Source of the DNA: Candidatus Zixiibacteriota bacterium
GTDB lineage: Bacteria; Zixibacteria; MSB-5A5; JAABVY01; JAHJOQ01
Direction: 5' to 3'
NCBI GenBank assembly: GCA_018820315.1
Contig: JAHJOQ010000073.1
Coordinates: forward strand, 13,343 to 77,342
Length of the DNA: 64,000 nucleotides
Both the position numbers and the translations under genes were made by a program. The notes beneath the pieces were generated by a model that saw nothing but the letters and a program-made list of their open reading frames with translations, ran no database searches and was not told where the DNA came from. Each line of letters starts with the position of its first letter. The first letter of the stretch is position 1. This document shows positions 38,564 through 46,809 of the stretch, piece after piece.

Positions 38564-39829
38564 GTGAGGCGAAAAGTGAGTGGAGCGAAAAGTTGGCACA
38601 GACTACTTGAATATCGAGATTGGATATTCGGAGTGATAGCGGCCGCAGCGGCAGTAATTGGCGTATGGAGTTACTTGCAGCAGCCGGAATTGAGATGGCG
38701 ACACATTGAAACCACTGAACATATGACAGAATCGGGAGATCGCGGACAATATACACTGTTAATCGCCAACAAGGGGTTACGTGATGCCTTTAATGTAACG
38801 TTCGTGGCGAGTCTGGAATATGGTCAGTTAGACTCAGCCAATTTCAATCTCGGACTTTCTGATACCCAGTCAGTGGTACTAGGGCAAACTGACATTGAGA
38901 TCGGACTCTCGCGAATACCCAAAGGAAGCGCATCAGAGATCTACGTTTTCGCCAGTTCGCAGGATAGTCTGCCGAGAGAATTGGAAGTTATCAAGCTAAT
39001 AGGTGATGAAGTGCAGGGCGAAGAGTGGGCTCCAGTAACCAGAGTGTGGAAAGCGGTCTATTCAGGAGTTGTTCTTCTTCTACTACTACTGTGTATCATC
39101 AACATTCGCCGATTGCGATTCCCGAAAGTGCGGTCAGGCGGCTATGAATCAAGTATGACGGATATTGTAACGCAAGACGCTTTGGATGAAATCAAGACAA
39201 TAGGGGCATTTGAATTAAAGGCTGATACAGAGGATAGCAGTTATGAATGGAAGACTGAGCATTTAGCTGGCCTTGAGTGGCTCCAGAATAGAATTAAGAA
39301 TGCCAAGAAGCAGATTTCGATTGTATCGTACTCTTTTGTGTCACTTGAGACCCAGCTTGAGCAAGCTCTCGAGGAATATCTTCAGAAAGACAGTACTTGT
39401 CGTTTGCGCATTCTCCTTCTGCAACCGCATTCTCCTAGTTTCGTACAGAAGACACTACTGGAGTCATTCGATCGCCAGGCAGAGTTATTTACGCCGAGTC
39501 AATGGAACAAAGCCGCTATGGAATTGCGAAAGTTGCATGCCCATGATCTAACCCAGACGTTCTCGATTGTTAAGAGATGGTCCAATAAGTACGGTGCCGA
39601 AAGGGTAAAGTGCAGAACGTACTTTGATACGCCGTTATTTGCAGGTTTCCTCTTTGATGATGATGCATTTTGTCTTTCGTCTTACTTCCTCGATCCGGTG
39701 ATGCGTGGGTTCCACAGTCGACGACTTTGCGTGGAAAGCTGCGGCAATTCCGATGATCTGCAAGTTCTGCGGAAGATCTTTCAGAACTGGTTCACTGTTA
39801 AGTTTGCGATGGGGGGCGAAGCCGGTTGA
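38564..39829 (+). CDS. Hypothetical two-TM membrane protein; C-terminal cytoplasmic domain with phospholipase-D-like sequence pattern lacking the catalytic His/Lys (HxK replaced by FxG)
   Basis: TM1 WIFGVIAAAAAVIGVW. An approximately 130 aa beta-rich extracytoplasmic segment. TM2 VVLLLLLLCIINI. The cytoplasmic region ISIVSYSFVSLETQLEQALEEYLQKDSTCRLRILLL ... RVKCRTYFDTPLFAGFLFDDDAFCLSSYFLD parallels the PLD pattern (i.i.spYf...aL..a..rGV.Vrill ... lHaKvmivDd.wa.iGSaNfD) with H replaced by F and K by G. Confidence 0.4.
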   Translation: MRRKVSGAKSWHRLLEYRDWIFGVIAAAAAVIGVWSYLQQPELRWRHIETTEHMTESGDRGQYTLLIANKGLRDAFNVTFVASLEYGQLDSANFNLGLSDTQSVVLGQTDIEIGLSRIPKGSASEIYVFASSQDSLPRELEVIKLIGDEVQGEEWAPVTRVWKAVYSGVVLLLLLLCIINIRRLRFPKVRSGGYESSMTDIVTQDALDEIKTIGAFELKADTEDSSYEWKTEHLAGLEWLQNRIKNAKKQISIVSYSFVSLETQLEQALEEYLQKDSTCRLRILLLQPHSPSFVQKTLLESFDRQAELFTPSQWNKAAMELRKLHAHDLTQTFSIVKRWSNKYGAERVKCRTYFDTPLFAGFLFDDDAFCLSSYFLDPVMRGFHSRRLCVESCGNSDDLQVLRKIFQNWFTVKFAMGGEAG

Positions 39830-39867
39830 AATCTATCTCGATCAACTGGGTAAGGAGAAGTCAACAT

Positions 39868-40551
39868 ATGTACGCCATAGCCAGATCTTACAATGCGCCT
39901 CGCTTGCGAGGCTTAATCAAGAGACTTGACAGTAGTGATCGGTTTACGGCGATTGTTGTTGTAGTCGATAGCGATCGGGACTCAACTGGGACTGCAGACA
40001 GTGTTTCAGCTATGCGGACACGCACATCCATACGAACAGTCCTTCTGGAGAACTATGGATGGTCCAGAGCCTTGAATGCCGGTATTGATGCCTTGCCACG
40101 TCAGCAGCACGAGAATGAGCTTGTCATGATGATATCTAATGAGGTCGCAATCACGATACCTCAAATCGATGCGCTTGCTGAGAAGGCATCCTCGAAAGAT
40201 GCTTCCTGTAGTTACGTACACTTTAAAGGGCGGTCAGAACCGACTTATTTTGTTCCCAGAAACACGTGCGCAGTGTGGAGGAGAGGTGTTTTTGAAAGAG
40301 TGGGACTTTTTGACGAAAGGTTTGATCACAAGACTGGCATGGAGGACTACGAGCTGGTTTTGCGATCGTATAGAGATGCATCACTGCTTCCTTTTCTGGC
40401 CGCGAGAGGCGTTCCTCTTCGGCTTCCGGAGACTCTTAATCTTGCTGAGAAGCTAGATTGGGAAAGCCGCGGGTTGCTCTGGATCAACTCGCTGTATAGC
40501 GAGCATGTTGTATCAGCGATCGAGGCGCACCTTGCTTCGCAGTTTATATAG
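39868..40551 (+). CDS. Glycosyltransferase family 2-like protein (degenerate: DxD motif not evident)
   Basis: AAGGAGAA RBS 8 nt upstream of ATG. TAIVVVVDSDRDSTGT parallels the GT2 DDGSTD segment. ENYGWSRALNAGIDA parallels the NxG..ARN.Gi segment. ERVGLFDERFDHKTGMEDYELVLR parallels GGFDE...gEDyDl..R. The expected DAD/DxD position reads MMISNEV. Confidence 0.45.
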   Translation: MYAIARSYNAPRLRGLIKRLDSSDRFTAIVVVVDSDRDSTGTADSVSAMRTRTSIRTVLLENYGWSRALNAGIDALPRQQHENELVMMISNEVAITIPQIDALAEKASSKDASCSYVHFKGRSEPTYFVPRNTCAVWRRGVFERVGLFDERFDHKTGMEDYELVLRSYRDASLLPFLAARGVPLRLPETLNLAEKLDWESRGLLWINSLYSEHVVSAIEAHLASQFI

Positions 40552-40632
40552 GAAGGGATTTGAAATCTGCCTCTGGCTGATGGTTTTGATCGTTCTTATA
40601 AGCGCGATCCTGATCTTAGATTACAACGTACA

Positions 40633-41949
40633 ATGAACTTCTTCGCAAGCACAGTCACTACCCTCGCATCAAAAGTACTCACAATATTATTCGGCACACT
40701 CACCGGAGTGCTTACGGCGCGAGCGCTCGGACCATCGGGGCGCGGTACTCTGTCTGTTATCCTCTCGACAGTTTTGATCGGCGTCATATTCGGTGAGTTT
40801 GGCTTGATCGAGGCCAACGCATACATGGCGGCGGGAGACCGACGCAAATCGGCCAAGTTGACTGTCAACAGCCTCTGGAGCTCTATGGGATTTGGAACAT
40901 TGACCGGCTGCGTGATCGTAGCGCTCTATTTGATTTCGCCGGACATTTTCGAAGCAATTCCATTGAGTCTTATGATTGTCGGACTGATATCTGTTCCGTT
41001 CGTGATGCTGGGATTGATGCTGCAGCGCATATATCTGGGGCAGAATCGAATTGTGCAGTTCAACGCCTATGATCTCATTAGTAAGCTGCTGGTATTGATA
41101 CTGACTTTTGTCGGACTCTATCTTCTGCATGTGACACTTTCAACCTATCTAATGATTTACGCGGCCATATTTTGTTTTTCGGGAGTGATATTCTTTCTGG
41201 GGCAGAGAGTGAGCCTCTCAACGATTATGAGACCCGATCTCGGTGTGCTCAAAGAATCGCTTCGATATGGATTCCGTGCGTACATAGCGGTGTCACTGCC
41301 GTTTGTTCTCTCTCGACTTGGACTTTACTTCGTGAACGCACAACTCGGAGCGACCGAAGCGGGGCAATACTCCGTTGCGATGCAGGCCAATGATTTGTTT
41401 CTGATCGTACCTGGCGTCATCGGCACTCTGCTTTTCTCCAGAGTGGCAGCCGACCAGAAGACTCATACACTGACTCTTAAGAGCTTCAGATTCATGCTGA
41501 TGGTTATGCTGCCCATTTTCATACTGGGGCAAATCTTCACACGAGAGCTGGTGCTGTTGCTTTTTGGTGCTGACTTTTTGCCCGCAGTGCTTCTTATGCG
41601 AATCCTGTTCATCGGCGGATTCGCAACTGGTCTCGGGGTCATATTCTTGAATGATCTGGCAGGCAGAGGTTATCCTCTGTTCATAGTCCTGATGTGGCTT
41701 CCATTGTGCGCGATAAACGTAATCCTGAACCTGGTACTGATGAATCTGTGGGGCACCGCCGGCGCAGCAGCATCGCTGGCGGTTACGTATGTATTGGGAT
41801 TCATAGCTGCGGTGCTCTATTTCAGATATTACGTCAAGGTCAGAGGTTGGAGCGGTTTCCTGCCGAGGCCGGGTGATTTCACTGACCTGATTCAATCCTG
41901 TAAGACCGCTGTGGCTGGCCTGACCGGCAGAGGTGAGACTAGACAGTGA
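40633..41949 (+). CDS. MOP-superfamily oligosaccharide/polysaccharide flippase (Wzx-like) integral membrane protein
   Basis: 438 aa with about 12-14 predicted TM helices distributed as in Wzx/RfbX 'polysaccharide biosynthesis protein' family members. The sequence is hydrophobic throughout. Confidence 0.55.
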   Translation: MNFFASTVTTLASKVLTILFGTLTGVLTARALGPSGRGTLSVILSTVLIGVIFGEFGLIEANAYMAAGDRRKSAKLTVNSLWSSMGFGTLTGCVIVALYLISPDIFEAIPLSLMIVGLISVPFVMLGLMLQRIYLGQNRIVQFNAYDLISKLLVLILTFVGLYLLHVTLSTYLMIYAAIFCFSGVIFFLGQRVSLSTIMRPDLGVLKESLRYGFRAYIAVSLPFVLSRLGLYFVNAQLGATEAGQYSVAMQANDLFLIVPGVIGTLLFSRVAADQKTHTLTLKSFRFMLMVMLPIFILGQIFTRELVLLLFGADFLPAVLLMRILFIGGFATGLGVIFLNDLAGRGYPLFIVLMWLPLCAINVILNLVLMNLWGTAGAAASLAVTYVLGFIAAVLYFRYYVKVRGWSGFLPRPGDFTDLIQSCKTAVAGLTGRGETRQ

Positions 41950-42062
41950 TGAGTAAGACACGATTTAGGATATAAGAGGCAGGTTTCGGGCAAACTTACA
42001 CAGCCAGTCGCCTGCACAGCCACCGACCGCGTTTATTATTTGCCTGTTTTACGAAAATGTGA

Positions 42063-42091
42063 TTGCCTTGGATCACCTTTGTATATATTAT
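42063..42091 (+). promoter_or_regulatory. Candidate sigma-70-like promoter (TTGCCT-17-TATTAT) for the methyltransferase gene
   Basis: TTGCCT at 42063-42068, a 17 nt spacer, then TATTAT at 42086-42091, about 25 nt upstream of ATG 42118. Confidence 0.35.
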
Positions 42092-42117
42092 CGATTCGAG
42101 AACATCCACAGGAGAAG

Positions 42118-42972
42118 ATGGTGATCCAAAGAAATCTGTTGCCGGTTAATAAGATAATCTGCGGGAATTGCGAAGAAGTCTTGAAGGGATTCCCTGAGGA
42201 CTCGGTGGATCTTATCGTTACATCTCCACCGTACGCCGATAGCAGGAACAGTACATATGGCGGCATACATCCTGATGAGTATGTGGACTGGTTTTTGCCC
42301 AAGGCAGTTGAATTCCATCGTGTTCTAAAACCTACGGGAACATTCATATTGAACATCAAGGAGAAGGCCGTCCGTGGAGAGCGCCACACTTATGTATTAC
42401 AGTTGATACTCCGGCTCCGCGAAGAGGGTTGGCTTTGGACGGAGGAATTCGTGTGGTACAAGAAGAACTGCTATCCAGGCAAATGGCCGAACAGATTTAG
42501 GGATGCATGGGAACGATGCCTTCAATTCAATAAGCAGAAGAAATTCGCCATGTATCAAGATGAGGTTATGGTGCCGATGGGAGAATGGGCCAAATCGCGG
42601 CTCAAGAACCTCAGCGAAACCGACAAAATCCGGGATGAGTCAAGGGTCGGTAGCGGTTTTGGCAAGAATATTTCCAATTGGCTCCGGAGAGATAAGGCTT
42701 ATCCATCAAATGTCTTGCATTTGGCCACCGAATGTTCTAACAAGAATCACAGCGCGGCATTTCCCTTGTCGCTGCCAGAGTGGTTCATTAAGCTCTTCAC
42801 CAAGAGAGGCGACCTCGTGCTTGATCCCTTTAATGGATCGGGGACTTCTGCCATTGCCGCCAGGAAGCTGGGGCGGAAGTATATCGGCGTGGATTCGAAC
42901 CTCGAGTACTGCTTAATGGCCGAGAGGCTTCTGAAGAGCGAAGACAGGCAGGTAGTCATATGGAACAACTGA
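42118..42972 (+). CDS. DNA methyltransferase, beta-class (N4-cytosine or N6-adenine; SPPY motif IV precedes motif I)
   Basis: NKIICGNCEEVLKGFPEDSVDLIVTSPPY carries motif IV SPPY. The C-terminal LDPFNGSGTSAIAA carries the motif I FxGxG AdoMet site. The order IV then I is typical of the N6_N4_Mtase beta class (e.g. PvuII/RsrI-type). The ORF-track start at 42040 was moved to ATG 42118 (AGGAG RBS). Confidence 0.8.
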   Translation: MVIQRNLLPVNKIICGNCEEVLKGFPEDSVDLIVTSPPYADSRNSTYGGIHPDEYVDWFLPKAVEFHRVLKPTGTFILNIKEKAVRGERHTYVLQLILRLREEGWLWTEEFVWYKKNCYPGKWPNRFRDAWERCLQFNKQKKFAMYQDEVMVPMGEWAKSRLKNLSETDKIRDESRVGSGFGKNISNWLRRDKAYPSNVLHLATECSNKNHSAAFPLSLPEWFIKLFTKRGDLVLDPFNGSGTSAIAARKLGRKYIGVDSNLEYCLMAERLLKSEDRQVVIWNN

Positions 42973-43706
42973 GTTTGAAGGATGTAGAGAAATTTGTTAG
43001 CACGGAAATCGTCACCTTTCACAAGAACAAACTTGAGATTTTGAAGCGGAAAAAACTTCAGAAGCTTCTAAGAGATAAGAATCCGTATCTCTTCAAGGCC
43101 AAGAACATTCTCATCGCCTCGGACTTGGTTACCAACATAATGGATGCTTACCTGTATGCTTCTGAGGAGAAACTCTTCGGTGATTTTCTGGAGGAACTGG
43201 CGATTTTTGTTGCCGGAAAGACATACGGGGGAAGAAAGTCATCGGCAACTGGCATTGACCTAGAGTTTGAGAAGTGTGGTAGACATTATCTGGTTTCAGT
43301 GAAATCTGGACCCAATTGGGGAAACAGCTCTCAACAGAAGAAGCAACAGACTGACTTTCAGAAGGCAGTCGGAGTACTCAAGCAGTCCCGATCTGAAGCT
43401 ATGGTCGAACCAGTTCTGGGAATCTGCTATGGCAAGTCTAAGACGAAGCATCTAAGAGGTTACACAAAGGTCATGGGACAGCTCTTCTGGAATCTTCTTG
43501 GCGGCAATCCAAATCTGTATACTGACATAATTGAACCGTTAGGTCATGATGCGAAGAAGCACAATGAAGAATTCTTGAAACAAAAGGCAGTCATAATCAA
43601 CACATTTACAGCGGAATTCCTGAAGGAATTCTGCGGCAGTGGCCAAATATGCTGGGATAAGCTTGTCAAATTCAATAGTGGAAACATGACGGACGATGCT
43701 TCCTAA
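42960..43706 (+). CDS. Hypothetical protein; candidate cognate Type II restriction endonuclease (by context only)
   Basis: Overlaps the MTase stop by 13 nt, suggesting co-transcription and translational coupling. No database-recognisable motif. The segment TGIDLEFEKCGRHYLVSVKSG could form a divergent PD-(D/E)xK core. AT-richer than the flanks by eye. Confidence 0.35.
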   Translation: MEQLSLKDVEKFVSTEIVTFHKNKLEILKRKKLQKLLRDKNPYLFKAKNILIASDLVTNIMDAYLYASEEKLFGDFLEELAIFVAGKTYGGRKSSATGIDLEFEKCGRHYLVSVKSGPNWGNSSQQKKQQTDFQKAVGVLKQSRSEAMVEPVLGICYGKSKTKHLRGYTKVMGQLFWNLLGGNPNLYTDIIEPLGHDAKKHNEEFLKQKAVIINTFTAEFLKEFCGSGQICWDKLVKFNSGNMTDDAS

Positions 43707-43804
43707 CGTGCTGCTGGCCGCGGAGATGGTAAAAACGCCACATTGCAGAATTGTCGGGCACTTGCTTCAGTATACATGCTCACCAAAAGGCATACTTCGC
43801 GAAC

Positions 43805-44929
43805 ATGGTAATACATTTCAACATAATACATTATGATCCTTCTTCCCGTGCGCGCACGGGTGAAGTGACGACTGCGCATGGGACATTCCCGACGCCGGCG
43901 TTTATGCCGGTCGGGACTGCGGGTGCGGTCAAGGCTGTATCCGCCGATGATCTCGAAGCGCTCGGTTTTGATATCATCCTCGGTAACACATATCATCTCT
44001 ATCTGCGTCCCGGCACCGATGTTATCGAACATGCAAGTGGATTGCACAGATTCAATTCATGGAAGAAATCGATCCTGACCGATTCGGGTGGATTCCAGGT
44101 GTTTAGCCTCGGTGAGTTGAGCAAAATCAATGACGAGGGTGTGACGTTCAAATCGCATCTCGATGGGTCATCGCATCTCTTCACGCCGGAAAAAGTCGTC
44201 GATATTCAGCGGATACTGCGGTCAGATATCATGATGCCGCTCGATCAATGCGTAAAGTTCCCGACGGAGCACGATGATGCGGCCAAGGCGGTCGATCTGA
44301 CGCTCGACTGGCTGAAGCGATCTGTTGATGCATGGAGGCCGCTATCAGATAAGCAGGCGCTGTTCGGAATAGTGCAGGGATCAACGTACAAAGACCTTCG
44401 AACCATAGCGGCCGAGACCACAGTCGAACTCGAATTGCCCGGTTATGCAGTCGGTGGGCTGTCTGTCGGGGAGCCGAATGATCTGATGCTGGAGCTTGCC
44501 GATCACACTGTGCAGTATCTCCCGGAAGATCGACCGCGATATCTGATGGGGCTCGGTACTCCGGTCGAGCTTCTGGAAGCAATCGCCCTCGGCTATGATA
44601 TGTTCGACTGCGTGCTTCCGACCCGCAACGCGCGCAATGCGACCCTCTTGACCACCAATGGTCGAATGATAATCAAGGCAGCTCGTTATAAGAGAGATTT
44701 TCGTCCAATCGATGAAGATTGCGGCTGCCTGACCTGTCGGCAATATCACCGGGCGTATTTGCGCCATCTCTTCAATATCAATGAGCCATCAGCTCTTAGA
44801 TTATCCACGATACACAATCTCTACTTCACATCGCGCCTGATGCAGGATTCTCGCAAAGCCATTGCTGACGGTCGTTTCGGGGTGTTTCTGGAACAATTCA
44901 AAGGCCGCTATGTTAATAACGACAGGTAA
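43805..44929 (+). CDS. tgt: Queuine tRNA-ribosyltransferase
   Basis: RARTGEVTTAHGTFPTPAFMPVGTAGAVKAVSADDLEALGFDIILGNTYHLYLRPG parallels E. coli Tgt. Zn-binding CGCLTCRQYHRAYLRHL. Start placed at the ATG matching the N-terminal alignment. Confidence 0.88.
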   Translation: MVIHFNIIHYDPSSRARTGEVTTAHGTFPTPAFMPVGTAGAVKAVSADDLEALGFDIILGNTYHLYLRPGTDVIEHASGLHRFNSWKKSILTDSGGFQVFSLGELSKINDEGVTFKSHLDGSSHLFTPEKVVDIQRILRSDIMMPLDQCVKFPTEHDDAAKAVDLTLDWLKRSVDAWRPLSDKQALFGIVQGSTYKDLRTIAAETTVELELPGYAVGGLSVGEPNDLMLELADHTVQYLPEDRPRYLMGLGTPVELLEAIALGYDMFDCVLPTRNARNATLLTTNGRMIIKAARYKRDFRPIDEDCGCLTCRQYHRAYLRHLFNINEPSALRLSTIHNLYFTSRLMQDSRKAIADGRFGVFLEQFKGRYVNNDR

Positions 44930-45008
44930 AAAGTACTTGACTTTGGCAGACTTAGGGCGAAATTAAGTGGTTTGTCGAAGTAACGGGCTAAACAGCAGGA
45001 GGTAGTTT

Positions 45009-45326
45009 GTGATTCACTTTTTGTCAGGATTCGCCGCTAACCCGGAATCGGGCGGGGGAAATCCGCTTATGCAGATGCTGATATTTTTCGTGCCGATCAT
45101 TTTGATCATGTACTTCTTCATGATTCGCCCTCAGAAGAAGCGGCAGAAAGAGCATCAGGATCTGTTGGCAGCGCTGAAAACGGGTGACAAGGTAGTCACC
45201 AATAGTGGTATGATCGGCACAGTTGTCGGTATTCACGACGATAAGAATAAAGTCGTGCTCAAAGTGGCCGATCAAGTTAAAATAGAGTTTGTAAAAAGTT
45301 CAATAGCTGGACTTGTAGAAAACTGA
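45009..45326 (+). CDS. yajC: Preprotein translocase subunit YajC
   Basis: LIFFVPIILIMYFFMIRPQKKRQKEHQDLLAALKTGDKVVTNSGMIGTV is the canonical YajC sequence. The true start is probably the internal ATG at 45069. Confidence 0.85.
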   Translation: MIHFLSGFAANPESGGGNPLMQMLIFFVPIILIMYFFMIRPQKKRQKEHQDLLAALKTGDKVVTNSGMIGTVVGIHDDKNKVVLKVADQVKIEFVKSSIAGLVEN

Positions 45327-45336
45327 TTGAGCAGGT

Positions 45337-45840
45337 ATGGCTGGAAATCTTGTTCGAAAGTATGGTGATCCGGTTCTGAGAGAACCGTGTGAACCGGTAG
45401 TGGTATTCGATGAGGAGCTGAAAAGATTTGCGGAGAAGATATTCTCCATTATGAAATCCGCCAATGGCATCGGATTGGCGGCTCCCCAAGTGGGAGATAC
45501 TCGGCGTATGTTCGTAATTGATTTGTCCTCGCAGACTTTTGACGCTGAGCCGATGGCTTTTGTAAACCCCGAAATAGAGAGCACCGATGGCACAGAGACC
45601 GCCGAAGAGGGATGTCTATCATTCCCCGGCCTCTTCTTACAGGTGGTTCGCGCCGAGAAGATTACGGTGAAATTCCAGGATCTGGAAGGGAAGACTCATC
45701 GTATCGAAGCGACCGGTCTCGCAGCCCGTGCGATCCAACATGAGAATGATCATCTAAACGGGGTTTTGTTCATCGACCACATACCTTCAGTAGATCGAGA
45801 GATCCTGGCCGGCAAGCTCAAGAAGATCAAAGTCGGCTGA
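45337..45840 (+). CDS. def: Peptide deformylase
   Basis: Motifs GIGLAAPQ, EGCLSFPG and QHENDHLNG (HExxH). Confidence 0.92.
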   Translation: MAGNLVRKYGDPVLREPCEPVVVFDEELKRFAEKIFSIMKSANGIGLAAPQVGDTRRMFVIDLSSQTFDAEPMAFVNPEIESTDGTETAEEGCLSFPGLFLQVVRAEKITVKFQDLEGKTHRIEATGLAARAIQHENDHLNGVLFIDHIPSVDREILAGKLKKIKVG

Positions 45841-45842
45841 GT

Positions 45843-46775
45843 ATGCGTCTGATTTTTTTTGGTAACCCCAAATTTGCTCTGCCCAGCCTCCAGCGATTGG
45901 CGTCGTCCCCGCACGAGATAATGTGCGTAGTGACCTCGCCTAACCGCGCTGCGGGACGTGGCAGGAAGCTTCATGTGCCGGAAGTCAAGATTGCGGCCGA
46001 ACAGTATGGGCTGCCTGTTTTACAGGTAGAAGACTTGACAGATTCCTCCTTTCTGGAGAAACTTGCCCAGTTAGCTGCTGCTCTGTTCGTAGTCGTCGCA
46101 TTTCGGATCCTTCCGCCGGAATTGTTGGCAATACCGGCGCTCGGTGCGATCAACCTGCACGCTTCACTGCTGCCCAAGTACAGAGGCGCCGCCCCAATCA
46201 ATCATGCGATAATGGCGGGGGAAACAGAGACCGGTGTCACGACCTTCCAGATAAAACAAAAGGTTGATACAGGAGGGATTCTCGTACAGCGAAAAGAGAG
46301 AATTCTCCCCGATGACACTTACGACAGTCTGTATGACAGACTGAGTCTTCTGGGGGCTGATGTTTTGCTCGAAACAGTCAATGGCCTTGAAAAAGGCATT
46401 CTTGAACCGGCGGAGCAGAATCCTGCTCTTGCGTCAAAAGCGCCGAAAATCAAACCGGAACAGGGAGAGATCGACTGGTCGCAGTCCGCTGAGTCCATCA
46501 ACAACCGTATCAGAGGATTCTGCTCCAAACCGGGAGCTTATACCTTTCGAAACGGAAGCAAGCTGAAGATATTGCGAAGTGAAGTCTTGCATGCCGCGAA
46601 GAATTCTCCGGAGGACGGAAGCTTGGTTATGGAAAGCGGTGTGGACGGTCTCGTGGTCGCGACTGGCGATGGCTGGTTGAGACTCCACGAAGTCCAGCCG
46701 GCGGGCAAGAAGCGAATGAAGGCTGAAGATTACCTCAGGGGTTATCCACCAGTATCCGGCGAAGCGCTCGGATAA
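45843..46775 (+). CDS. fmt: Methionyl-tRNA formyltransferase
   Basis: MRLIFFGNPKFALPSL...INLHASLLPKYRGAAPINHAI. The def-fmt adjacency is conserved. Confidence 0.9.
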   Translation: MRLIFFGNPKFALPSLQRLASSPHEIMCVVTSPNRAAGRGRKLHVPEVKIAAEQYGLPVLQVEDLTDSSFLEKLAQLAAALFVVVAFRILPPELLAIPALGAINLHASLLPKYRGAAPINHAIMAGETETGVTTFQIKQKVDTGGILVQRKERILPDDTYDSLYDRLSLLGADVLLETVNGLEKGILEPAEQNPALASKAPKIKPEQGEIDWSQSAESINNRIRGFCSKPGAYTFRNGSKLKILRSEVLHAAKNSPEDGSLVMESGVDGLVVATGDGWLRLHEVQPAGKKRMKAEDYLRGYPPVSGEALG

Positions 46776-46809
46776 TCAGACGCTCCGATCACGCAGAGAG
46801 GAGCAGAAT

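Noticed and set aside
41293-41961. 222 aa antisense ORF opposite the flippase gene
   Set aside because: The sense strand encodes a continuous polytopic membrane protein with a start/stop fitting its neighbours. The antisense product is Gln/Ser-rich with no motifs.
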